Below the pieces are notes generated by a model. The model was not told the DNA's origin. It worked only from the letters and a program-made list of their open reading frames with translations, and did not search any database. Shown in pieces: positions 1 to 12,129 of a stretch of 64,000 bases of DNA. The stretch covers positions 165,106,001-165,170,000 of the forward strand of contig JBITNC010000001.1 in NCBI GenBank assembly GCA_050084985.1. The letters run 5' to 3'. Source of the DNA: Nageia nagi. Taxonomy: Eukaryota > Plantae > Pinophyta. The stretch's first letter is position 1. Each line of letters opens with the position of its first letter. The translations under genes and the position numbers were made by a program.

Positions 1-155
1 TTGTGGATTGACCTGCAACACTTTCCCTCGAGCCACAAACTGGCTTGAGCACACCTGCCTAGTTCTCATACCATGGTCTTATTCACCAGCTGGGACGTGA
101 ACCTATGACCTTCTGAATACTAAATAGGCTCTCTGCCACCAACCTGTCAGTCCAA
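1..155 (-). mobile_element. Putative tRNA-derived SINE (5' head and part of body) inside the SPPL intron
   Basis: Minus strand has an A-box-like TGACAGGTTGG (149-139) and a B-box-like GGTTCACGTCCC (103-92) about 35 nt apart, then a GC-richer body running off the window edge. Tail and TSD not visible. Confidence 0.4.
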
Positions 156-732
156 TTGTTTGAACATTTTTCCCGGAGTGTTGATTGATCTCTGGTACGC
201 TGATCATCAATGTTGTCAAAGTATTGCAATAGAGAACTCTTTTATCTTTCTTTTTTTTATCATCTTCTTGCATGGATATTGGAGTGTTATACTGTAATTC
301 TCTATAGGTACTGCAGTGCCTTTATGGAAATGCTTGGATGTTTTAATGCTCACATTGGTTATTTCCTTTTGTGATATAACAAATATGTGGTATAATTGTG
401 TTTATTTTATTTTGGCACTGTATGCAAATTTCAAACTGATTTTTATTCCACATTTAAAACAATTTCTCTTCAAGATTTCGTCTGGCTGAAATGAACACAT
501 TAACTCTCTCAATTCTGTAGTTGCATCTGCCATATCTAAATAGACAAATCAATGAATGAATTGAAAGATAGTTATAAATGGATAGAAAAGTTGACATATA
601 ATTCACGAGTCCAACCATCCATGCTCCAAAAATGATTAGAATATTTCTTGGACCTATTTTTTATGGAGATTGCCAAGTACGTATCCTGTGGAAATTCTAC
701 TATAAAAATATGACAAATGGACTGTTCTGCAG

Positions 733-816
733 GTCTATTTATCACATATGTTGCGCTGAATCTGATGGATGGAAATGGCCAGCCAGCTCTTCTTTATATC
801 GTTCCTTGTACCCTTG
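733..816 (+). CDS. SPPL: Signal peptide peptidase-like (A22B, plant SPPL2/SPPL4 type) aspartic protease, penultimate exon
   Basis: AG acceptor at 731-732 and GT donor at 817-818. Translates [29 protein letters not shown], containing the diagnostic QPALLY motif of SPP/SPPL proteases. Confidence 0.92.
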
Positions 817-915
817 GTATATTTGTCCCTTTGTAGGTTTTCTTTAGTGTGCTTTGAAATCCATTATCAAACTTTGTTACTATTGTTATGCTTATTAAAC
901 GTTGGAATTGTGCAG

Positions 916-1022
916 GAACTGTCCTGAGTTTGGGGTGGTGGCGAGGTGAGCTGGGTATTTTATGGTCAAAGGGGGAGCCTCAAATGGCTTGTCCACATGT
1001 AAAGCCGAAAGTTGGGACATAA
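916..1022 (+). CDS. SPPL: Signal peptide peptidase-like protease, terminal coding exon
   Basis: Follows a 99-nt GT..AG intron (817-915) in matching phase. Translates GTVLSLGWWRGELGILWSKGEPQMACPHVKPKVGT with stop TAA at 1020-1022, matching the RG(D/E)L..LW.GEP...CPH C-terminus of plant SPPL2/4. Confidence 0.9.
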
Positions 1023-2354
1023 ATCCAATAGTGGTGTTATTGATGCAGCTTGAACTACATTCAAAACTGGGTATCTTGCCTCTACGCATGTGCTCAAATT
1101 GGAAACACTAATACTTCCCATTTTGGATTCTTATACGGTACCCACAGACAACAGTTAACGTGTTTCATCTCTTGTGACAGATATTACTGCTGATTGTATT
1201 CAAGATAGCTTCACCCAAGGCTTACGAATGATGTTAAATCAGACATTCCAAGCCTGTATATTGTATTTTATTTCTAGTACGGATGTGGCCATTTTGAAAT
1301 TGTTTATAAGTATATTATATGTTTTTACGAGAGAAGGATACCATAAATTTTTTTTATGTTAAAGTCGGAGTTCTTCTAATGTTAGGAAGTAATGTTGATT
1401 GTTTATTTGACATTATTCCCAGAAGCTACTATGGCCCTTCTTGTTGTATGTTTATATGATGAATTCTCAATTCTGAATCTTCTACTGATATCAGATTTGG
1501 TGTATAGATTTAAAAGGTCAAATTGGCCAAAATAATGCATGGCCAAAACCAGTCATATTATGCTAGCAATTAATAGAAGTTGTATTTTATTTGAAGATAT
1601 CTTTGTAAAAATTGGTTCAAAGTCTAGGCCTCCATATATCCTCCCCACCATCGAAAATACCCTTCTGCTTTTAGTCTGTAGTTACAAGTGTTGTGACACT
1701 TTTTTTTCTTTTCATGTCCTACACAGCGATGCCTAAATATATGAATTGTATTGTTTCACCCTATTTTTGTGGACTGCATTTATATGGAGGTCTTCTGTTT
1801 CACCCTTTGACCTGCATACATACTATAGGAAGATCCTATTTTCGTAAGATTGATACAATAAAGTTGAACCATCCAATAAAATTAATTTTGTTGAATACAA
1901 AAGTAACTAGACTCTTTGTAAGAAATAACTCAGCATAGCCAGGTAGTTTTTCATGGACTCGGCATCAACTTACTAAAACTTGAGAATCAAAAATGAAAAA
2001 AATCAAAATCACATGAAAACAAAATTTCCCACCTATGCTTGATATGTTTCATAGATATAAAAAATTTCCATACATAGAGTAACTGTAAATTCTATCATAA
2101 ATAGCCAGGACTTTCAATGTTCGTAAACACACTAAAGTTATTGTAAATTTACTGTTTGATATTCAAATTTTTTGTGGGCTCTAGTTCTAAGAAGCACGGA
2201 AACTAGAATATTGGTCAATCTTGAATGTGTTAGACCAGTTTATTTGAACAATTCCCACTAAAGTTGGTTTTCAGAATATTGATTATTTGATTATTCTCAA
2301 CAGTTACTGATTGTAGTTAGCTGATTAAATTAAATACTAATGTTTTGGCCTTTT

Positions 2355-2683
2355 TTTTTTTAATGTCCAACTTCTTTCTTGTGTGTTTGTTTTCTATCAT
2401 CTTATGAATAATTGGTTAAGTAACATCTCTTCAGCCTAGTCGATTTTTTTATTAAAGTTAATATAGTTTTTTTTTTTGATATGGTTAGGAAGGGGTGTTG
2501 AAAGGGCCTCAACTTTTTTAAATGTTCAACTTCTTTCGTGTGTGTTTGTTTTCGATCATCTTATGAATAATTGGTTAAGGAACATGATGTTTTCAGCCTA
2601 GTTAATTTTTTTATTAAAATTAATATAGTTTTATTTTTATTTATTTTTATATGGTTAGGAAGGGGTGTTGAAAGGGCCTCAAC
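2355..2683. repeat. Tandem duplication of ~160-170 bp (2 copies) that includes the 3' end of the adjacent SINE
   Basis: aatgt(c/t)caacttcttt...atggttaggaaggggtgttgaaagggcctcaac occurs at ~2360-2513 and again at ~2520-2683. Confidence 0.85.
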
Positions 2684-2834
2684 CCTTTAACATGGTGCAG
2701 AAACTAATTAAGACATGTCACCATCATGTGACATTTGAGACATGTCACTAGCATGTGATGTGGGATGGGAGGGATTTGAATTTGAGACTTTCTTTACATC
2801 ATTTGGGAGTTTCCACACCCACTTTCCTCCCAAC
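2625..2834 (-). mobile_element. tRNA-derived SINE, degenerate
   Basis: Minus strand: A-box-like TGGGAGGAAAGTGG, B-box-like AATTCAAATCCC (2782-2771), an internal gtgacatgtct repeat, and an A-rich (AAAT/AAAAAT)n tail at ~2650-2628. No clear TSD. Confidence 0.55.
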
Positions 2835-2999
2835 TTTTCAAACATTTTATGGTAATATATTTTTAATTTTCATTGTGGAGTGATTTTTTTTCTTTTTTGG
2901 TATATGGTAAAATTAATTAAGGGGCTTTTTATATAAGTTTACAAATACAAAGTCATAGGATTATCAATGTGATCACCTCTTGTTAGGGAAGTTGGGTTA

Positions 3000-4560
3000 A
3001 GTGAGGTGTGAAGCCCATGTGATGGTATTTAAAAATATTGGGTTGTAGAACCTTTCAAGGATGTTAAATGTTTACTTTGACTTTTATATCTAACATCTAA
3101 TGACCACTATCAAAATGCCATGTCAATGACCTGCCTTGCATTTCTATTGCTATATGGTTATTCCCTTACTCATAGTCTTCAATTATTCTAATGTCTCTTG
3201 TGAGGTCCAGTGGGTATTTAACTATGTCGAATACATACGTCCCTGAAAACATAAAGAGCATTCATTTTGTCTTATGTGAATTTTGCTCCCTTCTTAAAAG
3301 GAATCGTTAGTGGAATATCCTTCACATTTGCTCTAGCTAGGTTATTGCATTTTGCCCAAGGCTTAGTGTTTTCATGTCACTTCCTACAAAGTATAACCTT
3401 TTAAGGGCTTGCAAGTGAGCCTTCATCACATTGTGAAGTACACTCTTGTAGTAATTCTTAATTTTGAGCAAGCTTAAGAAGGATATATGTTGCTTTCTCT
3501 TTGATTCGCTTCTATGATCAAGTGTGTCAAGCTGAAGGGGAATCTTGTCTATTTAAGGGGAATAATTCACCTATTTAGAATTTGATAATATCATGTTATG
3601 GAGATGAGCTCTCCCATATGAATTCATAGCCTATTGTTCCCTATATTGTTGGTTAGGGGTGGGAAAGGGGAATGAAGAATGCTCAAGAAGATTGTTAGTC
3701 GAGGGTGGTAAAGGGGAATGAAGATTGTTGGTCAAGGGTGGGAAAGGGGAATGGAGATTATTCGTCAGGGGTGGGAAAGGGGAATGAAGAAGACTCGGGA
3801 GATGATGAAATAATGACTGTAGAAACGAGGGGTGAATGCAGGGAAGGGGAAAAGGCGGGCTTAGCTTGCTTAGGCCCAAAGTTTGGTTCAAGAGAGAAAG
3901 AAGGGGAGATGGTGACCATAGCAAGGGTGGAGGGGGTTGAAAGTGGAGAGGGGGAAGGAAAAGACAACTCAAGGTCTTGTTTGAGAGGAGAAAGAGGAAT
4001 TTGCCTGTTTGACTACTCGTGATAGATTGGTATATTGAACCTTGCTATATGAATATAGACATCAAGAGAATGATACATGAAAAAGGGGAGATTTATCAAA
4101 ATTTTTAGTTGAAAGTATGACATGAGGATGAAATGATAATTGTAAAGATTTGAATTACACCCTTCCAAGGTAAGCAATTTGATGAGACTTGCAATTGAAT
4201 TCCATGGATAGACCAAGGAATCCTTTTCGTATGTTGACTTCACTCTTACCAACTTTTCACTTGGCCCCAAGAATTTGTTCTTGTCTCTTAGAGTGTTTAT
4301 GCCCCTTATTTCTTATACAAGTAGTAGCAATTATCAATTCTACATTGATGATAAATTACATTCTATCTACAATCACCCTCACTTCATCCCATGTTGCTGA
4401 CACTTGTCTATACTAGTCCACCTTGTGTCCTTGTAGACTATGGATGAATCCACGAATCCCTCCATCACATAGAATACTCCAAACCCTATCATCCTTCTTG
4501 AACTCCTTCCCATTGCTCAGTTCCAATCTTGTTTGTTTAGGCATTGCTATCTTGCAAGAA
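3000..4560 (-). pseudogene. Decayed orphan ORF of probable retrotransposon accessory type (repeat-associated protein)
   Basis: Fragments MPKQTRLELSNGKEFKKDDRVWSILCDGGIRGFIHSLQG and YPWNSIASLIKLLTLEGCNSNLYNYHFILMSYFQLKILINLPFFMYHSL, then a Pro/Ser-rich repeat linker. From recollection this resembles multi-copy conifer TE-associated hypothetical proteins. Many stops and frameshifts. Confidence 0.45.
3655..3790. repeat. G-rich 33-bp minisatellite, ~4 units
   Basis: The unit gggtgggaaaggggaatgaagattgttggtca(a) recurs at ~3657, 3703, 3736 and 3769. Confidence 0.8.
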
Positions 4561-6719
4561 ACCACACTATCATCTGCACAAATAGGAATATGACTCAAAT
4601 CTCATTGTTTTGGAGAACTCATGCATTTGTCACCTTTTAAGTTTAATCACCATCGTCCATGTGTCATACCTATCATCGATCCAAATACTATTGATTGATG
4701 GAAACTATACGATTACCACGTTGGCAAGGAAATTATACAATTGAAGTGCAAGTCCCATGTGAGTCATTCTTGACCCTCCCCTTTCAACCATATATGGAGT
4801 ATATATATTTTTTCTTTACTTGTAAATGATATTTTAAAGATTTAATAATATATATGATGAGATCATGAGGTAAACTATTCTAGGAACCTCCTCATGGTTG
4901 CTAGTAGGGTAAATCTTTTAAAGGCTCCACTATCTAGCTAGCTACTTGTGGATAATAACAAGAATATAGCCAAACCAATGCATGACTGAAGCCAAATTGT
5001 AACCCCACTACTATGTAATAGAACAACCATTTAGATCAATCGAAGCATTTAACGAATATGTTGTCCCCTTGGGGACCATGATTTAATAATTTTATAATAC
5101 TTATTATTAAAAGTATTGATTAATTCAATAGAGTTTAAGTGAATTTAATTTTTAAATATTTCCCATGATGTATAACATGTTTTTTATTTAGTTTATATGC
5201 ATGATAGTGTTTGGTGATTATCGTGTATAAAGTTTGCTCTTAAAAAGTTTTCCTTTTGATAGCTTGAAGTGCATGCAATAATTTTTAAAAACACTTTATC
5301 CATTGTTCATTATGTGCATGAATTGTTACGAAAATTGAATAAAAGTTTTGTATTTATTGCTTTTCATTATTTCAAAGAATGTATGGTAAAAACCAACCAA
5401 ACTTTTGCTTGTTTACTTATGATGTGTATTTCTTATTAAATTATCTTTTAATTTCCTTGAGAATTATTAATTCTCCATTGAAATCTTTTAAGAAAATTAC
5501 AAATATTATTGTTCACAAATCACATAGAAAAGAATTATTAACATACATAGCTATAAAAAAACTTTTGTAGCTAATATGTATCTTTTAAGCTTATAATTTT
5601 GCAATCATATGTTCATCTTTCTATCAAATATCTAAATCAATAGAAAAATATTTTTTACTTGTTATAAATTCTATTTCATAATTTTGAAGTTTATCTCATA
5701 TCAATTTCAACCTGAATTATTTTTGCAATGTACAATCTATTTATAATAGTTGAATATTTATAATATATAGGTCTAAAAGTTTTTACCAATAATTTTCTAT
5801 AGCATATCATATGTGGGTTGAAACATTTTTTACCATTAAAAGAACACACCAAAAAATATGTGATTTGATTTGTATTAAGCTATTCTTGGAGGGAGAGGAA
5901 TTATTGGAATGAGGTTTTCAAGAACATAAATTTTTTAGTAGAGTTTAATTAGCATTAATTGACCCATAAGAAGATCTCTAGAACCATCTATTTCTCTTGA
6001 TGGAAAATGAAAGGTTATTTTATTTTGAAAAATCAATGAGAGAAAACAATTATTTCGAAAACATATATGATAAGTTGTATGGTTTTATAAATCGAGCTAT
6101 TCTATCACTTTGAATTATAATCCTAATATAGAGAATGCGAATAATTATTTAGTACCATTTTTTTTGTGTAGTACATTATAAATTGCTTTTATTTGTGTAG
6201 AATAATGTATGTCAAATGTTGGAATAATATATGTTGAACAACATTTACTTAATATGTGAATTATGTATTGCTTTAAAGTTACAAGCAATATAGTATAATG
6301 TTGAAAATAATTAGTTTTTTCTTCTTTACAAGGGTTATCCTTAGGGTTTGCACCCTTTTATATTGTTCAAAATCAAAAGAGTGAAATAACAATATCTCCA
6401 CAAATTAAGAACGAAAACAATATTTAAACTATTTATAAATATTTATAAGGAAACAAAAAATAATTGCTTAATTTTGGATTCAAATTCAAAATAGTTGAAC
6501 TCAATTTTTTTTCTTAAAGTTGTTATAGCATCATTTAGGTCTTCATATATGATTTACTTACAATTGTTAGTTGATGCAATTGATAGTACATTTAAGTTTA
6601 TACATATAATTATTTATCTTCAAGTTAATTACTTTTGGCAAACTATTTCTATCTTGTCAATCAAATTCTATTTAACTTTTAGGGGTGTTAATATTTATCA
6701 CATTATTTATTTTTTTTAA

Positions 6720-8250
6720 AAATTTATGATTGGCCCACTTATTTCTAGCCAAGGGGGTATGAAGTATTTCAATTGAGTTATAAATTATTATTCCTAAATC
6801 TCCCTTTTGGTCTATTTTAGCATTACTAGATCTCTTCATATGAGTTAATCTTAATTTTTTTGGCTCATCTCCCTAATGCTTTCTATTATTTTGTATCTTA
6901 CATCATTCATTCTTGCGAAAATATATTGGACAATAAATAGAGTCTTTGTTTACTTCAAGCTCATTATTAATTTTAGCATTAATATTGATTTCAAATTTTT
7001 CTTTTATTTACTCTTGATTTTTATGGATTATTTATCTTGCACTTACCTTTAAAGGATTCCCCTTTTAAGCCCTATCAAAAGTTAATTTTACCATTTTATT
7101 TTTGTGAATACAAATTGAAGTTAATTAATAAGTTTTTCAACTTATTATGGAATCAAGTTCCTATTTCATGCATTTCTTCTCTAATTGTCCACCATTACCA
7201 CTTCTACATTTGGAAGACGTTCATTAGATATACAGGCTCTTAAGTTCACAAATACAAATTTTTATATTTTTTATTGTCCAACTCATTGATATATTTTTTC
7301 CTTTGGATATCTTCCAAATTTAATCCAACCAAATTATCAAATTTATTTCCACCAATCTCCATAATGTTTCGCAAGCCTTTCGCTTCAAATTATCATGTAA
7401 GTTGTTGGATCCATTCTAAAATGTCCATGTTCATTGCCATCTATATTCCAAAGTTCCTCATAAGTCATTGCTCAACTTTATAGCTTATTTTACATCTTCC
7501 AAGAAAGTAATTGATTGATTCTTCCTCTTTCTTGTACACGATGCACTAATTAGAACCTTTGAATCATGTTCTCATAATTTTATTCCATGTAATAATCATC
7601 TTTTGAATTAGAAACTACTTTAAATTCTTAACTTTTAGCAAACTTCTCATTTCCTAAAATTATGTCAAAATTCTAAAATTTCCATAGTTCTCTTGAAAGC
7701 TTGGCTTCCTCACTATACTAAATACTTTCAAAGGGACTTCATGTCCAAAATTAGAATACATTTCTAAAAATTTATATTGAAAATATTATAAATCTTATTT
7801 TCCAATTCTTTTCTAGGTTGGTTGTCTAGAATGCCTACTAATATATCATCATTTCAAGCCTCAATTCCACTTCTTCTTGGTTGAAAGTACTTCTTAAGTA
7901 TTACTCCATTCTTGCCTTAATAATTTCCTTCCAAGGCTTTTACACCTAATGTTTTTTCTAAAGACTTGTTAATTGCTCAGCTATCTTTTTTCCAAAAGAA
8001 GACTCTATCCATCGTTTATTTTCCATATTAATCCTCTGGACATCCTCTTAATATTGTTGTTGAGGCCTCTCCAAATTATTGATCCTAATGGTAATAGTCT
8101 TGTTAAAAAGCTAGATGAACTTTTCTCACTATTCATATATCTATGTAGTATAATTCTTGATTATCATCTAATATCCTAAAAAATTATACAAATAAGATTA
8201 CTATTAATCAAAGCTTTATTTATTATTAATAATGGCTACAATTCAAGTCA
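6720..8250 (-). mobile_element. L1-clade LINE 3' fragment (zf-RVT plus RNase H-like domain), heavily decayed
   Basis: Minus strand reads LLKVKNLK*FLIQKMIITWNKIMRT*FKGSN*CIVYKKEEESINYFLGRC (zf-RVT) and KMVKLTFDRA*KGNPLKVSAR*II (decayed WVKLNFDGASKGNPG..GAGGII of LINE RNase H). Confidence 0.65.
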
Positions 8251-8569
8251 TACACTCAATGATCTACAAATTGATTTCCAACATACAAGGGTGCACTTTT
8301 GATGCTCCTTTATCCCTCTCCATAGAAAAGCTCTCATGATTGACACTATATCCTTCTCAATTAACATTGTGTGTTAAGATAAAGATAAAACATAATTTGA
8401 GATTTATTATAAAAAGTTGTTCATATCATCTAAATTATCATGTCTTTGTCCCTACCCCACCTCACACTTGGCCCTCCCATCCCATGACTTTTGTTTTTAA
8501 ACCCTTCTTTTGTTTCACCTTAATTTCTTTTTCTTTTTTTAAATTGGCCCTCCTTTTTCCTTTATTTGA

Positions 8570-8571
<2 letters not shown>

Positions 8572-8617
<46 letters not shown>
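8572..8617. repeat. (TA)n microsatellite, ~23 units
   Basis: Uninterrupted TA run. Confidence 0.95.
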
Positions 8618-8620
<3 letters not shown>

Positions 8621-8639
8621 GTACACCTTGTTATCATTA

Positions 8640-10066
8640 TGTTGTCATATTTGAGGAAGAAATAACAAAATGAGGATGATGGTGCTCCCAACACTAGAAT
8701 GATCACCTAAATTCCTACAAAAATAGAGATTAGGTTAGAATTTATATAAAACCTCTAAGAGTGTTACAATCAATGCTATGTTAGATTTAATCTTGGTGTG
8801 ATGGGGTAGATGTGACATGCTTGTGTTCTTGATGTGATCTTGAATCTTTAATTTTCTTTGTTAATATATAGGAACCCTACAAAATAAAATGCATTAGTGG
8901 GAAACCTAAAACTTTGGGTCCTTGAGACCCTAGAGCCCAACAAGTAGGGTGAACACTAGCCCAACATGTAAGTTGGCCCTCTTATCCTTATTCAAGAGGA
9001 TGATAGAAAAAATAAATATTCTTATGATTAAAGATGATATAATTTGCTATTTCTAATGCTTATGATGATGCTATATATATTTGAAAATGATCTTTATGCT
9101 AAAAAGATAATGATAATTTTAAATGAAAATACTACGAGATATGACAACAAGGTATGATAAATGACCCATAAAAATATCAAGAAAATCATCTAAATATAAC
9201 ACATGAGTAATTAACAACACGCAAAATGGTAATTTATATGATAATTCTAAACTATGATAAAGGATATGAGCATTTATGATAAAATATGCTAAGACATAGA
9301 TTCTTTACCAAACCATAAGATATGAAATTATGTTCAAACCTTAGAAATCAAGAAAGTGATCTAAATGCTATTTATAGACAAACAAGAATTCCCACAAATA
9401 TATATGATGATCACAATGCTAAATACTGATAAAGAATAATATGTGTATGCTCAATTATGACTAAACCTTAAGCTAACCCTAGGACCTAGGATGAATTAGC
9501 CTAGATGCACTCTATATGCCCACAAAAATGCAATAAAGTAAATCTATGGTAAAGAAGGATACAATAGCTCCAATTGTACTCCAAGAAAGATCCAAATTAT
9601 GTCCAGGGATTATAAAAACATGAAATACAAAGATATAATAACAATAATATGATGAATAAAGCAAATGATACTTCATTCCATCATGAAGATAGGGTGAGAA
9701 ACCTTGTTTTAGCTCATAAGAAGGTGGGTTTCTTATAAAAACCTAACAAATGCTTGATGAAGTGCTTGATTGCTCAATATGCTCATGTCAGTGCTCGAAA
9801 AATAATTAGAAAGATCAAGATAAAATGTGCTCATAATCAAGAATGATGTCACAAACTTGATTTTATAGGTGTCATGTTCTTGATTGATCAGATGAATGTC
9901 AAACCCTTAGGATCGATACACTAATTATAATGCTCTCAGGATTGGTAGGTCGATTAATCAATTTATCAATTGATTGCAATATTGACCTATTTTGACTATT
10001 TTTACCATGTTATTTATACTAAAATATTGGTAACTATTAAAAATATGTAATTTTGGGATTTCTACA
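8640..10066 (-). mobile_element. Probable solo LTR of a Ty3/gypsy element
   Basis: Non-coding block from TGTTG.. to ..ttttgggatttcTACA (minus-strand start TGTAGAAATCCCAAAA, similar to the terminus of the Tat LTR at 41319). No matching TSD; left end uncertain. Confidence 0.45.
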
Positions 10067-10078
10067 ACTACAAATAAA

Positions 10079-11056
10079 ATGAACCTTGTAGTACAAGAGA
10101 CCATACTAAGAATGGAATCACTCACCATGGATAGACTAGACTTCTTTAAACACAAGCTTAAGAGCATAATCAATTTTCTTGAACAAAAAACCTTTAACCT
10201 CTCTCAAATTGTTCGTGACCAATAAATTGTTATAAAAAAGAAACTATAGCAACTTATGTAGTTGGAAAAATATATCTTTGAGATAGAATTTAAATAATTA
10301 TTGCAAAAAAAAATCTTATCATAGAATTGAAAGATAGAGTTAGTCAACTCAAACACTCTCAAGTCCCTCGTACTGCAAAAATTCTATAACTCCAAGACAT
10401 TAACTTTAAAAATAAGTAGTCAAATATTCTTGAACAACATTAAGAGATAGGAAACCATTACTTAATAACAACCCATTTAAAAATAAGTAGAGGAACAAAA
10501 TTTGTGGGTTTGTATCATTAAGGAAACGAAAACTCAACCTGTGGTTGAAATGGAAGTGCATGTAAAATTTGATGAGGAAAGGGTACACCACACTAAGGAA
10601 CTCAATCATCAAGTTTGTAGCCTCCCAAAACCAATTGATCCTTTACATTTTAGTCACTTCTTCCTACACAAAATTTTGAATATGAAAGATAACACACTTC
10701 ACAAGGCTTGGGATACCTTAGATGAAACTCTTTTTATTCTCTTATGATTAACAAGGCAACATCTATAGGTATTGCAATTTAAGGAGTTATTCTCTCCTCC
10801 TGACAAGATCTATTTAGATGCTAATCTCACATGCCTCCAAGTAGAGGAACTTTGAAAATCTTATACTTCGATCACAGTCATGAGGAAAGAGAATAAATGG
10901 ACTATCATATATGATTGTAGGGTTTTCATATACGATCTCCCCTATAAGATAGTCACATACCACTACTACCAAAAGGTCATTTAGCATCAAAGTGGTGAAC
11001 ACAAATTTCTTGATAGCATTAGCATCTGTAGGCATCAGAATGGAATCACAAATTGA
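10079..11056 (+). pseudogene. Decayed ~320-codon ORF of unknown function with coiled-coil-like N-terminus
   Basis: MNLVVQETILRMESLTMDRLDFFKHKLKSIINFLEQK... continues through IDPLHFSHFFLHKILNMKDNTLHKAWDTLDETLF to ...CRHQNGITN*. Broken mostly by transition-type stops and a few frameshifts. Confidence 0.35.
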
Positions 11057-11229
11057 TTTCAACTTTTTTTCATATTTTGATGTTAAATCTAACACTATTT
11101 TTTCACATTTTGATGCTAGGTCTGATGCTATATTTGATTCTAAATTTGATGCTAAAGGGTGTCAACTCTAGTATTAGAAGTAACTAAAAATAAGAAAAAT
11201 AAGTGCACAAATAATTAAGAAACACATAT

Positions 11230-11820
11230 CAACTGTCCAAAATTTAACATAATCGAATGACTATGACTTCTAATGCACAAATCATCAAGATCCTTTATAA
11301 GCAAATTTTTTTCAAATATTGTGGTTGTAAATGGCTCAGTAAATATGTATGCAAAATGTGGATTCCCATTAAGTTTTCAACTGTATGAATGAACAAGACA
11401 TCTTCTCATGGAATATGATAATTACAAGTTACCAAAGATGTGGATTTCCTTATTAAGAATTAGTCACCAAATGCAACAAACAACAACACTATTCCAACCA
11501 AATCAATTTACATTTTCCATCATCCTCACATGCATAAATTTGAGATATTTATAATAGGGTTTATACATACATGAATCACTCTTTAAGAGAAGATTTCTAT
11601 CAAATGTTATGGTTGTGAATGTCCTAGTTAATATGTATGCAAAATGTGAAAGCATAGAGAAGGCATGTGAATTGTTTGACAAGATGCATGATGGAAACAT
11701 AATTTCATTTACTATAATAATTAGAGGATATGCAATTCATGGTTACAACAAGGATGCCCTTAAACTCTTTGATCTAATGAAGCACTTGGAACTAACCCTA
11801 ACAACATACCCTTTGCATAT
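11230..11820 (+). pseudogene. PLS-class pentatricopeptide repeat (PPR) pseudogene fragment
   Basis: VVNVLVNMYAKCESIEKACELFDKMHDGNIISFTIIIRGYAIHGYNKDALKLFDLMK plus upstream NMYAKCG, DIFSWNMII and QPNQFTF motifs. Frameshifts and stops. Confidence 0.85.
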
Positions 11821-12039
11821 AGTGTAAACCATTTTTCGTATATGGATGGTTTTCATTCTCTCTTTGACACCATGGTTGATGTTATTATTGATGAAAGAGA
11901 GTTATTTTTTACACCAAAACCAATATCGTATTTTATTTTCTAATGTTAAAATTGACGTTAAAGTTCAAAAAATTTAGCATTATTTCTAACACTAGCCCTA
12001 GCATTATTCATGGTGTTAGAATGCAAATTATTTAAAAAA

Positions 12040-12096
12040 ATACACTACTTCATGATGCCATTTCTGAATCTAAATGGCTTAAATGTAGTAGTGTAT
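12040..12096. repeat. 57-bp hairpin with CACTA-like ends
   Basis: Perfect 10-bp inverted repeat atacactact / agtagtgtat enclosing a second IR gccattt / aaatggc. Confidence 0.6.
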
Positions 12097-12129
12097 TAAA
12101 TATTTGCAATGATTCCACCCTTGGTTATC

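Noticed and set aside
632-847. 71-aa ORF from the ORF track
   Set aside because: It overlaps the true SPPL exon in another frame and runs through intron sequence; the spliced QPALLY frame explains the region.
4800-6500. Possible DNA-transposon remnant in very AT-rich sequence
   Set aside because: No TIR, TSD or translatable motif could be supported.
6500-8250. Possible second endogenous virus fragment (A-rich minus-strand coding texture)
   Set aside because: Translation gives L1 LINE zf-RVT and RNase H motifs, not MP or capsid motifs.
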